Positions 1 through 59,016 of a stretch of DNA of 64,000 nt are shown in pieces. This DNA is from Okamejei kenojei. Taxonomy: Eukaryota. The DNA is taken from contig CM069157.1 in assembly GCA_035221665.1 (NCBI GenBank), forward strand, positions 21,824,001 to 21,888,000, in the 5' to 3' direction. A model generated the notes under the pieces. The model saw only the letters and a program-made list of their open reading frames with translations, was not told the DNA's origin and did no database searches. How positions within the stretch are numbered: the stretch's first letter is position 1; every line of letters starts with the position of its first letter. The position numbers were made by a program, and so were the translations under genes.

Positions 1-952
1 GGAGAAATACACCTCTTGACAATACCCCTTAACCTTGCTGTAATTCTGGCCTTACACGGGTTTCCAATAAAACAGCACCTGATGGGTGCCTTCAGAATGG
101 CAAACTCAAGGACATATTTAAAGGATGGTATACAGCCTCTTTTAAGCTAGGATGAAAGGTAAATGAGACCAGGGTTTGGGAAATACGACAACTTAAATTA
201 GTGAATTGCCCCAGAGCCCAGTTAATACCACCTGTTATTGTGACAAAAGAAGCGACGGAGTATACTTGAGGAACAGCACCTGCACTTAATAATTTTGTAT
301 GTAGATTCTGGGCATACCCATGGTTACCTGGTATGTACCTGGGGTGAGAAGAACTGGGAAAGGTTGATCAGGCCAACCTACAACTGAAGGGGATGCTGTT
401 ATTTGGCCTTTGTTGTCCCTCACATGTGAGCTGTGTAACATCTAACTGAATTGTATATTCCCGATGAGGGCTAAGTGAAGTATATCGGAGTCAGAGCGAT
501 TATGGTTGATTGCCTTCCCGCTTTATGGGACAGCCTGTCTATCATGCGAATTGATTAATATTGGAGAAATTAGTTAATTAAACAGTGAACGCCTTTACCT
601 ACAAGCAAAAGGCCCTCTCATCCATGATGGCTGAAATGGTTGCACTTTGCCCTATAGTCCTATAGGATAATAGGAGGGACTTGTGCTATTATAGGGGGCG
701 AATGCTGCACTTACATTCCAGATGTATCCTCTAACATTACAGATTTAGCAGCAAATATCACCAGAGAAATAAAGAAGATTACGGATGTAGGGAAAGAGAT
801 GCATAACTTTAATAAAGATAGAGAATGCTGGCCATTTAGTATGTTTGGAGGAATATGGGGAATGATAATTCACTATGGATTTATTGTACTACTGATTAAT
901 CTATTCATCTATGTTGTATTAATCTATGTACTGAAATGTCTGAAGCCTTTAC
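1..952 (+). mobile_element. Outer ERV: degraded env (SU end and TM), gamma-type envelope
   Basis: Translates FVCRFWAYPWLP, GCCYLAFVVP, GGTCAIIGGECCTYIPD (CX6CC motif) and a hydrophobic anchor WPFSMFGGIWGMIIHYGFIVLLINLFIYVVL; stops and frameshifts present; continues at 6985 after the nested insertion. Confidence 0.9.
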
Positions 953-1490
953 TGTGAAAGTTTGTTTTTATAAAAAGCAGATAGCACAGCCGTTGAAGGT
1001 AGACCATGGCAGTCTTTAATCAATTCGTCAGACGGATGTGGCGAGATTACAATCAGCACAAACATTGCTCAGTGCTTCTTGTGCTCCCACTCACAGAACA
1101 AAGGCGAGTTAGCACAATTAGACATTTTTCTTATCATTAAAACACTCCTACCAAGTCTGAATATGGCATGACTGAAAGATTCTGTAGCCTTTCACAATAT
1201 AGGTAAAGCTGGGTCCAAATCGAGCTCACGCAATGACAAGTTATTACTTATCTCTGGAGCGTCAGCTATTTTCTTCAATCTTGGCTTCTTTATGGCCTTG
1301 AAGAGGCACATGTTATTACTGCAGGCGGTCATCTTAATGTCTTTATTGAAAAGACAACCTGTTCTCCATATTGTGTTTCATATAATTTACAAAGTCATTC
1401 AGACTTGGCACCGAGCCATTCTTTTGTTCTACTAATCCATGCTTTTGTAGATGAACGACTCCTTTTTAGATTTGACTATTAGCTGTTTCA
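953..1490 (-). repeat. 3' LTR of inner element
   Basis: 538 bp; preceded on - strand by PPT AAAAAGGAGGGAA (1491-1503). Confidence 0.92.
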
Positions 1491-1505
1491 TTCCCTCCTT
1501 TTTAT

Positions 1506-1696
1506 CAAACGTGATAACATTCAAAGTCCTCGGTAGGTACACACAATGGTTCCAAGTATTATAGCAGTATTAGCCGAATGATATAGACATAATGTATCAC
1601 AGTACCTCAAAGTCCACCAAACCAAAGGTATGGCAACCAGTTCAATAGTACCCCAAAGTCCATCCGACCAATGGTATGGCAACCAGTTCTCACTGT
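1506..1696 (-). pseudogene. env transmembrane-anchor tail of inner ERV (with a ~45-bp tandem duplication)
   Basis: DSENWLPYLWFGGL*GTVIHYVYIIRLILL aligns with the outer env DRECWPFSMFGGIWGMIIHYGFIVLL; lies directly before the PPT. Confidence 0.75.
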
Positions 1697-2436
1697 CTTC
1701 ATTGACAACCATTCTGATGAAGCCTGTTTAGGGTCAATGGATCAGGTGCCACCTATAGGCGGTGTAATCCTTTCAGCCGATATTGGGGTTGTGCCATAAA
1801 GTTTGCACCTGTCCGAGGGTGTTGCCAGTCTCTTCATAGATCATTGCACAGGTGAGGTGCTCCCCCCACCCCCCCTGTGGTGTGGTTTATCACCTTGATC
1901 TAGATGCTAGCGTATCCGTGGGCAGCTTCTCCTAGTAGGTTTGGATGGCCTGCTTCCACATCACCATGTAGAAGCGGCTGCTTGACTGGAAGCCAAAGAC
2001 AAAGCCAGCGTAGATTGCAGTCTGTGTTGATGTAGAAGGTGCCATTGAAGTTGAGGGCATTAAACTCCTCAAATCCGTCAGCAAGGCCAGGGTCAGAGTT
2101 GGCGGTCTGCAGTAACTCCCTGCCCTTGTTGCGCATTACCCAGTTAGGAACGACGTGCATCGTCCCCTTTGGAACTTCCTCAGGTCAGTCTTACTGATGG
2201 CGCTGTTCTCAGGGCACATGTCATAGATATCTGGGATGTTGTTGTCAAAGTCGTTCTTGCAGGTGTCTCCTCTGCTGTCACCATCGGCATCGATCTGGTC
2301 AGGGTTGGGAACAAAACAGCAATTGTCCTTCTCATCATAAACACCATCATTGCCATCCTCATCATTGTCCTGATTGTCATCACACTGATTACCCACCAGG
2401 TCTGAGTCATTGTCTTCCTGAATAGGGTTAGGTATA
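1697..2436 (-). pseudogene. THBS2: Captured intronless thrombospondin (subgroup A, THBS2-like) fragment: type-3 repeats plus C-terminal domain
   Basis: [14 protein letters not shown]...[22 protein letters not shown]...CPENSAIS; [21 protein letters not shown]; [21 protein letters not shown]; QTLWHNPNIG*KDYTAYRWHL; GFIRMVV. Contains stops and short deletions. Confidence 0.88.
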
Positions 2437-2566
2437 ATCTCTTTCAAGAGGTCCATCTGTTTCAAAATGTTCAGCTTCTCTCTCTTTAGACCCTTGGTCA
2501 TATGATAGAGCTCAAAATGCTTCAAGATTGTTGTTCAAATGTGGTTTGTCTTTCCGAAGATGTGAC

Positions 2567-3447
2567 CAAAGGCTTTGCACTTCCTTCTGATATATAAAGA
2601 TGTTCTTTCTTCTGCATGGATCAGCTTTACATGGCACTGCTGGTAGCGATCAATCAGAAATACTTTGTTACCTCCTGGGTGGGGGCAAGGTCTTTCACGC
2701 ACCTCTTCATGCTGCTCTTTTATGTGTTTCTTAAGTCCGTCAACACCTCTGTAAACAGCACAGCAACCCTTATACTGACATCAATACACGGTGGGGAAAT
2801 CTTCCCTTTCCAAGTTCCAAGACTTTGGTTTCCGGCCACGTTTCTGTCCAGATTGTTTCCTCACATCCTTAATATTGCACTTCTTAACTGGTAACTTACT
2901 CTTCTTCTTCCAATATGGTTGAAAAGACTCATCTGAAGAGCCATTCTTTTGTTACTTTTGTTTCTCTGTCATCTTCACTTGATAAATACCTTTCAGAAAG
3001 TTCACTGTACTCCAATCCATCCACAACATCATTTCTTATAGAACAAGTTGCTTCATTGCAGTTAACTTTTTTTTTCACATTTAATGGTTGAGTTGCATCT
3101 TGTACCTGAACTTTTTTTACCAAGAGCACTTCTGTATATTCAGGAACTGAGCACAAGAACATATCCTTCTTCAATGGGGATTCCGAGTTGTCCACATTCA
3201 CTGACCGTGAAGTAGTTCCGCTATATGTACAAGACTGAAAGTCTGCTAACACTGGGACAGGTTGATGCTTCGCAACATTATCACCCTCACTATTTTTAGT
3301 CACTGTTCCATTCCGAGGTGAAAGGGTTATTGAACCATCCAGAACTTCCTCCATTGAGTTCTTATTTCTACTGGATGGGCACTGTCCCTCAATCAAAACA
3401 ACGCTGCGATTTGAATGCATGTCCAAGATGTAACTGTAGCCCTCTGT
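2567..3447 (-). pseudogene. ZNF276: Captured intronless ZNF276 middle fragment (linker plus first two C2H2 fingers)
   Basis: SSDESFQPY...EREDFPTVY*CQYKGCCAVYRGVDGLKKHIKEQHEEVRERPCPHPGGNKVFLIDRYQQCHVKLIHAE...AKPL versus recalled ZNF276 EREELPTIYKCPYQGCTAVYRGADGMKKHIKEHHEEVRERPCPHPGCNKVFMIDRYLQRHVKLIHTE. Confidence 0.9.
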
Positions 3448-3449
3448 TA

Positions 3450-3630
3450 TCAGAGTTCTGAACAGTCCTTCTAATTGCGAGGATTCTGCCTGATTCTCCT
3501 CTACCCCATTGCAGACATTGGACTTTGTCTCTGGAACTGGTATGCTATAATGCTCAGAACTATGTTCTCCACACTAGCTTTTCCTTTGTTCTACCTTTTT
3601 AGTTAAGCTTGAATTGAATACATCTATTCA
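3450..3630 (+). repeat. Retroelement 3'-tail fragment inside the captured ZNF276 3' UTR segment
   Basis: Similar to the common tail family also seen near 20241-20355 (agaa.tat.ttct.ca.t...ctttg...cta). Confidence 0.45.
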
Positions 3631-3709
3631 TGTTAATCCTTTGTGTCTTGTTGACATATAAAAAGGGTGCAAGATTCTTTAGACTCATCATTTAGCGGTT
3701 GAATAACTA

Positions 3710-3909
3710 TTAACTGGGTTCCTGCTTAATTAATGTTTCCAAACTTATCTGGCTTGATGATTCAATTTCAGTAGGTTTGTTTTTATCTGTATTCTGGATC
3801 ACGGGATGAACCATGAACTAATGAACATTCAAATTGTGAGTCTTCTCGAACTGCTTCTCACATTGGTCACAAGCAAATTCAAGTTCAGCTTCTGTCTTGT
3901 GCTTGGTCA
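3710..3909 (-). pseudogene. ZNF276: Captured ZNF276 C-terminal fragment (last C2H2 finger to stop)
   Basis: TKHKTEAELEFACDQCEKQFEKTHNLNVH*FMVHPV...IKQEPS* versus recalled ZNF276 TKHKAETELDFACDQCGRRFEKAHNLNVHMSMVHPL...VKPEPT*. Confidence 0.85.
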
Positions 3910-4059
3910 GTGTTATAAATGTAAGGACAGTTGTCAGCCTTATTCAGGACGTCTTGGTGCAGGGGTGTTTCCCCAAGTTCAGCCCATCTGGGCCAACCTC
4001 AGGATAAAAAGTATGGTCAATAGCCCCATTGTCCTTTCTTGGTTCTTCTCCATTTATAG

Positions 4060-4420
4060 TCAATCGCATCAGATGTCTCCAACGGGGGTAATCTTCAATC
4101 TTCACGGCGGTTGGTGTCATAGTAGCACCTGGTACAGTCCTCTCCAAAGCAGTCCCAATTTTGTCCGATCCTAGTACCTTATCAGTACATAGTCTCCCAG
4201 TAGTATGGACTGTGTCTGTGTTCAACTGGCAGTGGCTTCTGCGTTTTCAACCCCTGTGAATGCAAGACTGATAAGGTTGTGCTTAATTGCTGTGCGTATG
4301 TAATTAATTAATTGATGTGGGCCTGTAGGCCATAACTAACTTCCACACTCTTTAGTGTCCTATTCATTCCCTCCACTAATCCAGAATTCTACGGGTGGTG
4401 GGGGATGTGTGATCACTCTT
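4060..4420 (-). pseudogene. Integrase C-terminal remnant of inner ERV
   Basis: HIPHHP*NSGLVEGMNRTLK (retroviral IN core motif) and GDYVLIRY...WRGLYQVLL.TPTAVKIEDYPRWRHL (GPY/F module). Confidence 0.85.
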
Positions 4421-5429
4421 TAACTACCTACAAGGCAGACCCTTTAAAAATAGATCATTATATTAAAAAAAAAATAAAAAAAATATTCCCAATTGTTCCA
4501 ATCCATCTCCCCAAATTTACAGTTTCAAATTAACAGATTTTGTTCTGAGATAAAGGCATCTCCAATCTCATCTAACACATCTACCAGAATGCCTCGTGGC
4601 CATCGTGGAATTCAGGTCTCTGTTTGAACTCAATTCAAAAGGTAAGAAATAGGAAAAAAAACTTAAACAAAGAATAAACAATTAATTTGCATAAATTGCA
4701 AGCTCATTCAATGACATCCTATTTCACCTGACATGGACCATTTCATCAAAAGGGGTATATATATATATAAATATGTAAATATAACCTGTTACTTGATGTC
4801 AAGTATCCCGATATGCTTTGGGAGAAATAGAAAAAAACATAGCAAAATTCTGAACACATTAAAATGAAGCTGCCAGTATCTTGTTATCATAGCCTTGAAA
4901 AGAACACTGAGCTTCTCTAGTCAGATAAGGGACAGAACTTGTTTGAGTGACAACTCGAAAGAACAAGGAGAACTATCTATTGATAAGAGCCAGAACTTCC
5001 TTGAATACTTTTGAAATAGCTTTTCGGTTTTAACAAATACTAACTTTCGAACATTGAAAGAAAAACTAGTACAAAAACAGGTAAAATACACAAATTTAAT
5101 CCGAGCGGAGTTAGCCAAAGTGGCGGAGCCCCGTCGTTTCTAAAAAAATCATGCAAAACATTAGAGACGTCTCTCTATATTAATTTTATACTTTCCTCCC
5201 TTGTCTGACAAAAGCCGTTCTGTTTAAAAAAAATCTTTGTTTCTATGGGAACCAATTTGCAGAATTGATGCAGAATTAGCAAGCTAGTCAGCTTGCAGAT
5301 GTTGTGAACCCGGACTGGGAGATTTGTAAAAGTAGTCTTCTTTGTTGGAGTGAGAATTTAAAATGAACAAAGGGAGTAGTTCAAAATGGGAGTAGTCTGA
5401 GCTGTGACTGGACAGTGATCCTCACCTTC

Positions 5430-5864
5430 CCCATCTTCTATAGACAGTGTCGCCATTGCCAGACATAGGGTCTTGAGAGGACCTCGAGAAGACTTACCGG
5501 TATTGGGTTTGTACTCTTATCAGCTTTCTTTCTCTGCCAGCCCTTACCTCCTATTTGTCTGCCCACTGAAATTCCATCTGAAGTACTTTCTAATATTTTA
5601 ATAGTTCTGTCTTTATTCCACAATTTAATTCCCCTTTTACAAGTATAATTCATCCAACCACTATCTTGCATCTCCACCCACTTCTTTTCTGCCTCTCTCT
5701 CTCTCTCTTCAATAGTCTCCATATTCCACATGCCTCCTACAGGTCAAGACACATTACTCCAACGTTTGGTCAATTTATAATACAAAATGCTATAATCCTT
5801 GTAAACAAATAACACACGTGTTGTACAGCTGTCTTTCCGTCACTCTTATCCAAATTATTTCCAT
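5430..5864 (-). pseudogene. gag N-terminal (matrix-like) remnant of inner ERV
   Basis: Follows the leader; ATG-(G)GAAAT reads M(G)NNLDKSDGKTAVQHVCYLF and later (W)PVGGMWNMETIEE; heavily degraded. Confidence 0.5.
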
Positions 5865-5934
5865 GTTTATCCAATCACCAAATCACTTCTTAGTACACAA
5901 CTTAGTACACAAATTGTAACAAACGTTTTCAGCA

Positions 5935-6220
5935 TGTTAAGCCCAATCCTTTATTTGTGACAAACCGTTGCCATCTGTAAAACCCAATCTGGTTTCTCTC
6001 TCTGGTAGCAAATTCACAAGTCTTTTCAAAACACACATTGTCTTTTCAATACGCATCTTTTCAATACACACTAGTGACAAAAAACGTTGTAGTCTGCCAT
6101 GCCCAATCCTTTAATTGTGACAAAACCTCTTTGGTCTGCCGTGCCCAATCCCTTAATCATTTCCAACACACAGGCCAATCCTTTACTCATTTCCAATACA
6201 CAAGCCAATCCTTTACACAA
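5935..6220. repeat. Short tandem repeats in the ERV leader
   Basis: Recurrent GCCCAATCC(T/C)TTA and TTTCCAA(C/T)ACACA.GCCAATCC units. Confidence 0.6.
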
Positions 6221-6419
6221 ATGGTCTTACCTTCGCTGTCTGCTTCTAAGGATCTTGTCTGGAACCAGGTCAATCAGGACTGAGGGACCTTAGTTTTTTA
6301 CCGGGAGCTTCTTCAGGAGGCCATACTGCAAAGGGTCCGACTAGAGCTCAGTTTTCTCCCCTTCAGATCCCGGTCAACTGCACCCTCTTACTCAGTCATC
6401 TGTTGCTGGTTCCAGCTAG

Positions 6420-6439
6420 ATCCCTGCCGACTACAGCCA
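6420..6439 (-). promoter_or_regulatory. Primer binding site, tRNA-Ser-like
   Basis: - strand TGGCTGTAGTCGGCAGGGAT versus the complement of the tRNA-Ser 3' end, TGGCGTAGTCGGCAGGAT; 2 nt after the LTR CA. Confidence 0.85.
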
Positions 6440-6441
6440 AA

Positions 6442-6980
6442 TGTGAAAGTTTGTTTCTTAAAGAGCAGATAGCAACAACCGTTGAAGGTAGACCATGGCA
6501 ACCCTTAATCAAATCGTCAGATGGAAGTGGCGAGATTACAATGAGCACAAACATTGCTCAGCGCTTCTTGTGCTCCCACTCACAGAACAAAGGCGAGTTA
6601 GCACAATTAGACATTTTTCTTATCAGTAAAAGATTCCTACCAAGTCTGAATACGGCATGTCTGAAAGATTCTGTAGCCTTTCTCAATATTGGAAAGCTGG
6701 GTCCAAATCGAGCTCATCCAATGACAAGTTATTACTTATCTCTGGAGCCTCAGCTATTTTGTTTTCAATCTAGTCTTCTTTATAACCTTAAAGAAGCACA
6801 TGTTATTACTGCAGGCTGCTGTCTTAATGTCTTTATTGAAAAGACAACCTGTCCTCCATATTGTGTTTCATATAATTTACAAAGTCATTCAGACTTGGTG
6901 CCGAGCCATTCTTTTGTTCTACTAGTCCATGTCTTTGTAGAAGAACGACTCCATTTTAGATTTGACTATTAACTCTTTCA
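6442..6980 (-). repeat. 5' LTR of inner element
   Basis: 539-bp copy of 953-1490 (about 91% identical by eye count); on - strand ends ...TTTCACA, then TT, then the PBS. Confidence 0.92.
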
Positions 6981-6984
6981 TTAC

Positions 6985-7810
6985 TGTGTACTAACCAAGG
7001 ACTGTAGTGTTATTGTTAAAATCGATAATAGGAGGGAATGAGAATATTCTAGTTAATAATAAATTATAATATAAAATATTTTTATTAAGTAAAGATTAAT
7101 TTGACTTCTTTGGGTTTGAGTAAACTGAAGCTTTATAATTCTGTGCTGTAGAGGATATGTGGGAATCAGGAAATTGGAGGCCAGCATTCAAGCTGCTTCC
7201 GGTTTTGCCCAGGCAAAAAAAACATTTCAATGGTGGGAGAGAATATACTTCCTGAGAAGATGCTGGCTTCTGTAAACAGAAACCTTGAGAGAGGATGTGT
7301 TTCCTTTGGAGTTGGTCGTTTCTGTAAACAGGAACTTCTGGTTGGTAGCTGACAATCGAAGATTGTTAAGACGGAATTGTAAATGTTGTGCTTTTTGACT
7401 AAGTTCCTGTTTCAATGTTTGTGATCAACAGTTTGTGATTGATAGAACCACAGGATGACAAGAGTATTGTGTTAATGACAAGAATTCTTTGAATGGGTAG
7501 AGCTGTGATTGATTTGTATTAAACGTCATTGCTGCCACTCTGCATAAACATGTGACTAATTTTCCAAAATACTCTAAAAATATGCTGTATGTCTTTGTTC
7601 ATTAGCCCAGGAGGGTTAAGTATCTGTTGCATACTTGACTTTATATCCCTGGCACTCTCGCCGGCTAAATGATCAGTAAAGCTTGTGTTGGTTTACCTAA
7701 TTTATTGTGAGTTGTCTGTTTGGTATTCTGTAAATGGTATTGAGTTTCATTCTGCTCTTAAAATAGAAGCAATTGTCATCCAAATCCTCTGGAGGAAAAT
7801 GCTAATTTCA
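6985..7810 (+). mobile_element. Outer ERV: env tail, polypurine tract (7027-7038) and 3' LTR (about 7039-7810)
   Basis: env frame resumes (KPL-LCTNQGL*), then AATAGGAGGGAA PPT directly followed by TGAGAA; AGTAAA polyA-like signal near 7675; putative end ...TTTCA at 7810 (right boundary less certain). Confidence 0.75.
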
Positions 7811-7823
7811 GATTTATATATGA

Positions 7824-7905
7824 ACTAGACCAAGTGCAGACCCGTCGGGTCTGTTCCCCCAACGCGTGGTTGCGAGGGGAGGGGGCGGCCTGAATGCGCG
7901 CGCAT

Positions 7906-7957
<52 letters not shown>

Positions 7958-8612
7958 ATCCCTCTGATATTATATTAGTATTAATTTACTCCTTTTACCA
8001 CATGCCCTGCCCTATCCACTCACACATAGCCCCCAATTTGGAGGCACAGAGAGGGAGACACGGAGGCATAGAGGGAGGCACACGAGCCTCAGCTCCATTG
8101 CCTCGCATCCTCGGTGCTTCAGACCCGGAGGGTGGAGTGGGTGGGCGGGCGTGATCCCGACTGAGCCTGCGGGCTGGCAGCGAGGACGGTGAAAAGCAGC
8201 GGGGGGACCAGCCGATCTGTGGCTTCCGCCAGCGTGACAGAGCTGGGCCATGGAAGTGGAGGTGAGCCGGGTGGCAGCAGCCATTATCAACGCGCGGGGC
8301 GCGCGATGAGGTGGCGGCCAGCGGGAGGTGAAAAAATGACTGAGTGGGGCGGGGGGGGGGGGGGATTGAAAGTGCGATGACAGCGTCTGCTTGAATGGAG
8401 AGCGGGTGGCAGTGCCACGAGCACAAGGGCATTGTGACGTTGGCTGCTGCTGATTTAAAGAAAAGAGTAAGCTTTGTGAAGGATTTTATTAAAAATGTGT
8501 ACAGAAAAATGACTAAATTTAATGAGGAGTGGATTTGCGAATATAAAAGTAAAATCGCTAGCAAAATGGTAAAAATCTCGGCGTTTTTGCGTCTGGTTTC
8601 CGCGGAGTAACA
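7824..8612 (+). mobile_element. GC-rich non-autonomous element, Helitron-like, truncated by assembly gap
   Basis: Starts ACTAGACC with a short hairpin (AGACCCG-T-CGGGTCT) and contains a (CA)n tract at 7907-7955; family assignment is inference. Confidence 0.4.
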
Positions 8613-8786
8613 NNNNNNNNNNNNNNNNNNNNNNNNNNNNNNNNNNNNNNNNNNNNNNNNNNNNNNNNNNNNNNNNNNNNNNNNNNNNNNNNNNNNNNNN
8701 NNNNNNNNNNNNNNNNNNNNNNNNNNNNNNNNNNNNNNNNNNNNNNNNNNNNNNNNNNNNNNNNNNNNNNNNNNNNNNNNNNNNNN
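8613..8786. other. Assembly gap (174 N)
   Basis: Run of N characters. Confidence 1.
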
Positions 8787-10455
8787 AATACTGATAAGAG
8801 CATGGCTATTCTCAATCGGAGGTTAGATATTTGATGGTATTTCATTGCTGTAGCTAGTGTTTCTTCAAGTAGAAATTGTTTGTGCAAAGCATCATCGGGC
8901 TATCTGCCAATGATCTTGTCATACTACCATTGCACATAGGCATTTCCAACCTGTCCATTTAAAGTATGATAAAAAGGATAATTGTAAAATGAAGGGTAGA
9001 TCAGATAATTATAGATCCTCTGTTGCAGTGCTGGTTGTTGCATTCACTCCGATATGGCACCTTCTTAGTCCAAATGAATGAGAGATTTGCCAGTAGGTCA
9101 TCGAGATCTCCCAACTACAAAGTCTATGCTGTTGCCGAGTTGGCATGTACTAATTTTATTTTTGGAACATATAATATTTATAGAAGTTCTCATTTCACAC
9201 AATTTACCAAAATCCTTTGGTGTTAATCTGAGAGAATTATTACCATTATCTACTTTAAATTGTACAAAATAAAATAAATGTGTGACAAAGTTTAAAGTTT
9301 TCTGCACCTCGAATAATTTTTCTCACTGAGTAATTAAAATAGAACAGTGAAAGGAGATTTTGCGCTGCTTACTTGCTTAATATTGCTTAAAACATAACTT
9401 GCTTAAGTTTAAAAAAAAATGGGGCTGCCCAGTTGAAGAAGGGTCTTGACCTGAAATGTCACCCATTCCTTCTCTCCAGAAATGCTGCCTGTCCCACTGA
9501 GTTACTCCTGCATTTTGTGTCTACCTTCAGTTGGAAGCACTTTTTCCCAACAGTGAATCGGTCTCATTTCAGCAATTTGGAATTGCAGATCTAGGCTGAC
9601 AATCCAGTGCAGTTCTGTGGAGTCGTGAGCTCTTGCAATGGCTAGCATTTGGAGTAAATGTTAATTGTTTCTCTAATGTTAATTTGAAGTTGTTTTGGCT
9701 CTCAAGGGGATGTAAAATAACTGTGGTACCACTTTAAAGAACCGGCATAGGGATTTTCTTCAAAATCTTTGGCAATAATTATCTTTCAGACAATGATATT
9801 GGAGAAAGCAGATCATCACATGTTTTGTAGGAGCGTTCTCTGCACAAATGTATAAATTGCCTGTCATGTTTCTTGCATTAAAGCAATGACTATTTCAGAA
9901 ATAATTAATTGTCTGTAAATGCTTTAGTCCAGAGATGAAGATAAACGATTGTCTACATTCGTGAGTGTAATTTTTGTAGTATAAGTTTCTATTATCGGCA
10001 TTTATACGCAATTTCATGTAATTTTAAGATTTTTTATTTATTATTGAAATTGTGTATCCTTTGATTTATTGTACAACTTTTGACTTTTAGTGTAAATTAT
10101 GTTTTTATGATTATATGCTTTAAAAGACAAAAATTGTAATTAAATCAAATAAGATGTCCAAAATAGTAACAATATGAAGCTGAAGTATTGAGATGTTTGC
10201 TGCGAGTAGTGCATGTTCAGCTACCAGAGTGGTGAGGGTAGCCAAATAAGGGGAAATGGAGTAGCTTGTGCATATTTATAAAGCAGGAGAATAGATTTGG
10301 GGGAAAAGGGTCGCCATGCTTGAGATGTGGATGGAAGGATATTTTTGAATATTTGGGTTTTGAGAGTTGATATAGACTTTTTTTTACCTAGAATGTCAGT
10401 CTTGCCAGGTAATGTTCGATTATCTGATTGATCTGTCTTTCTGCTTTCCACTTAG

Positions 10456-59016
<48,561 letters not shown>

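Larger units (their letters stand above)
953..6980 (-). mobile_element. Inner defective ERV/LTR element, full length, nested in the env of the outer ERV
   Basis: Direct repeats at 953-1490 and 6442-6980 with TG...CA ends; TTAC duplicated at 949-952 and 6981-6984; PBS and PPT in - orientation; gag, integrase and env remnants inside. Confidence 0.92.

Noticed and set aside
949-954. 6-bp TSD TTACTG for the inner element
   Set aside because: Both LTR copies begin TGTGAAAG and PBS spacing (CA-TT-TGG) fixes the boundary, so a 4-bp TTAC duplication is preferred.
2501-2610. Alternative frame [25 protein letters not shown] resembling CRACR2A/RAB44 as a third captured gene
   Set aside because: The first half is better explained as deleted ZNF276 sequence (...HL....SAKPL) in another frame, so the similarity is likely chance.
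6403-6972. 189-aa ORF
   Set aside because: Antisense reading of the inner 5' LTR; the twin LTR does not keep the frame.
7860-8612. CpG island as the ZMYM4 promoter/first exon
   Set aside because: Structure (ACTAG start, hairpin, CA tract) looks like a repetitive element and no ZMYM4-like N-terminal peptide was found; the gap prevents full exclusion.
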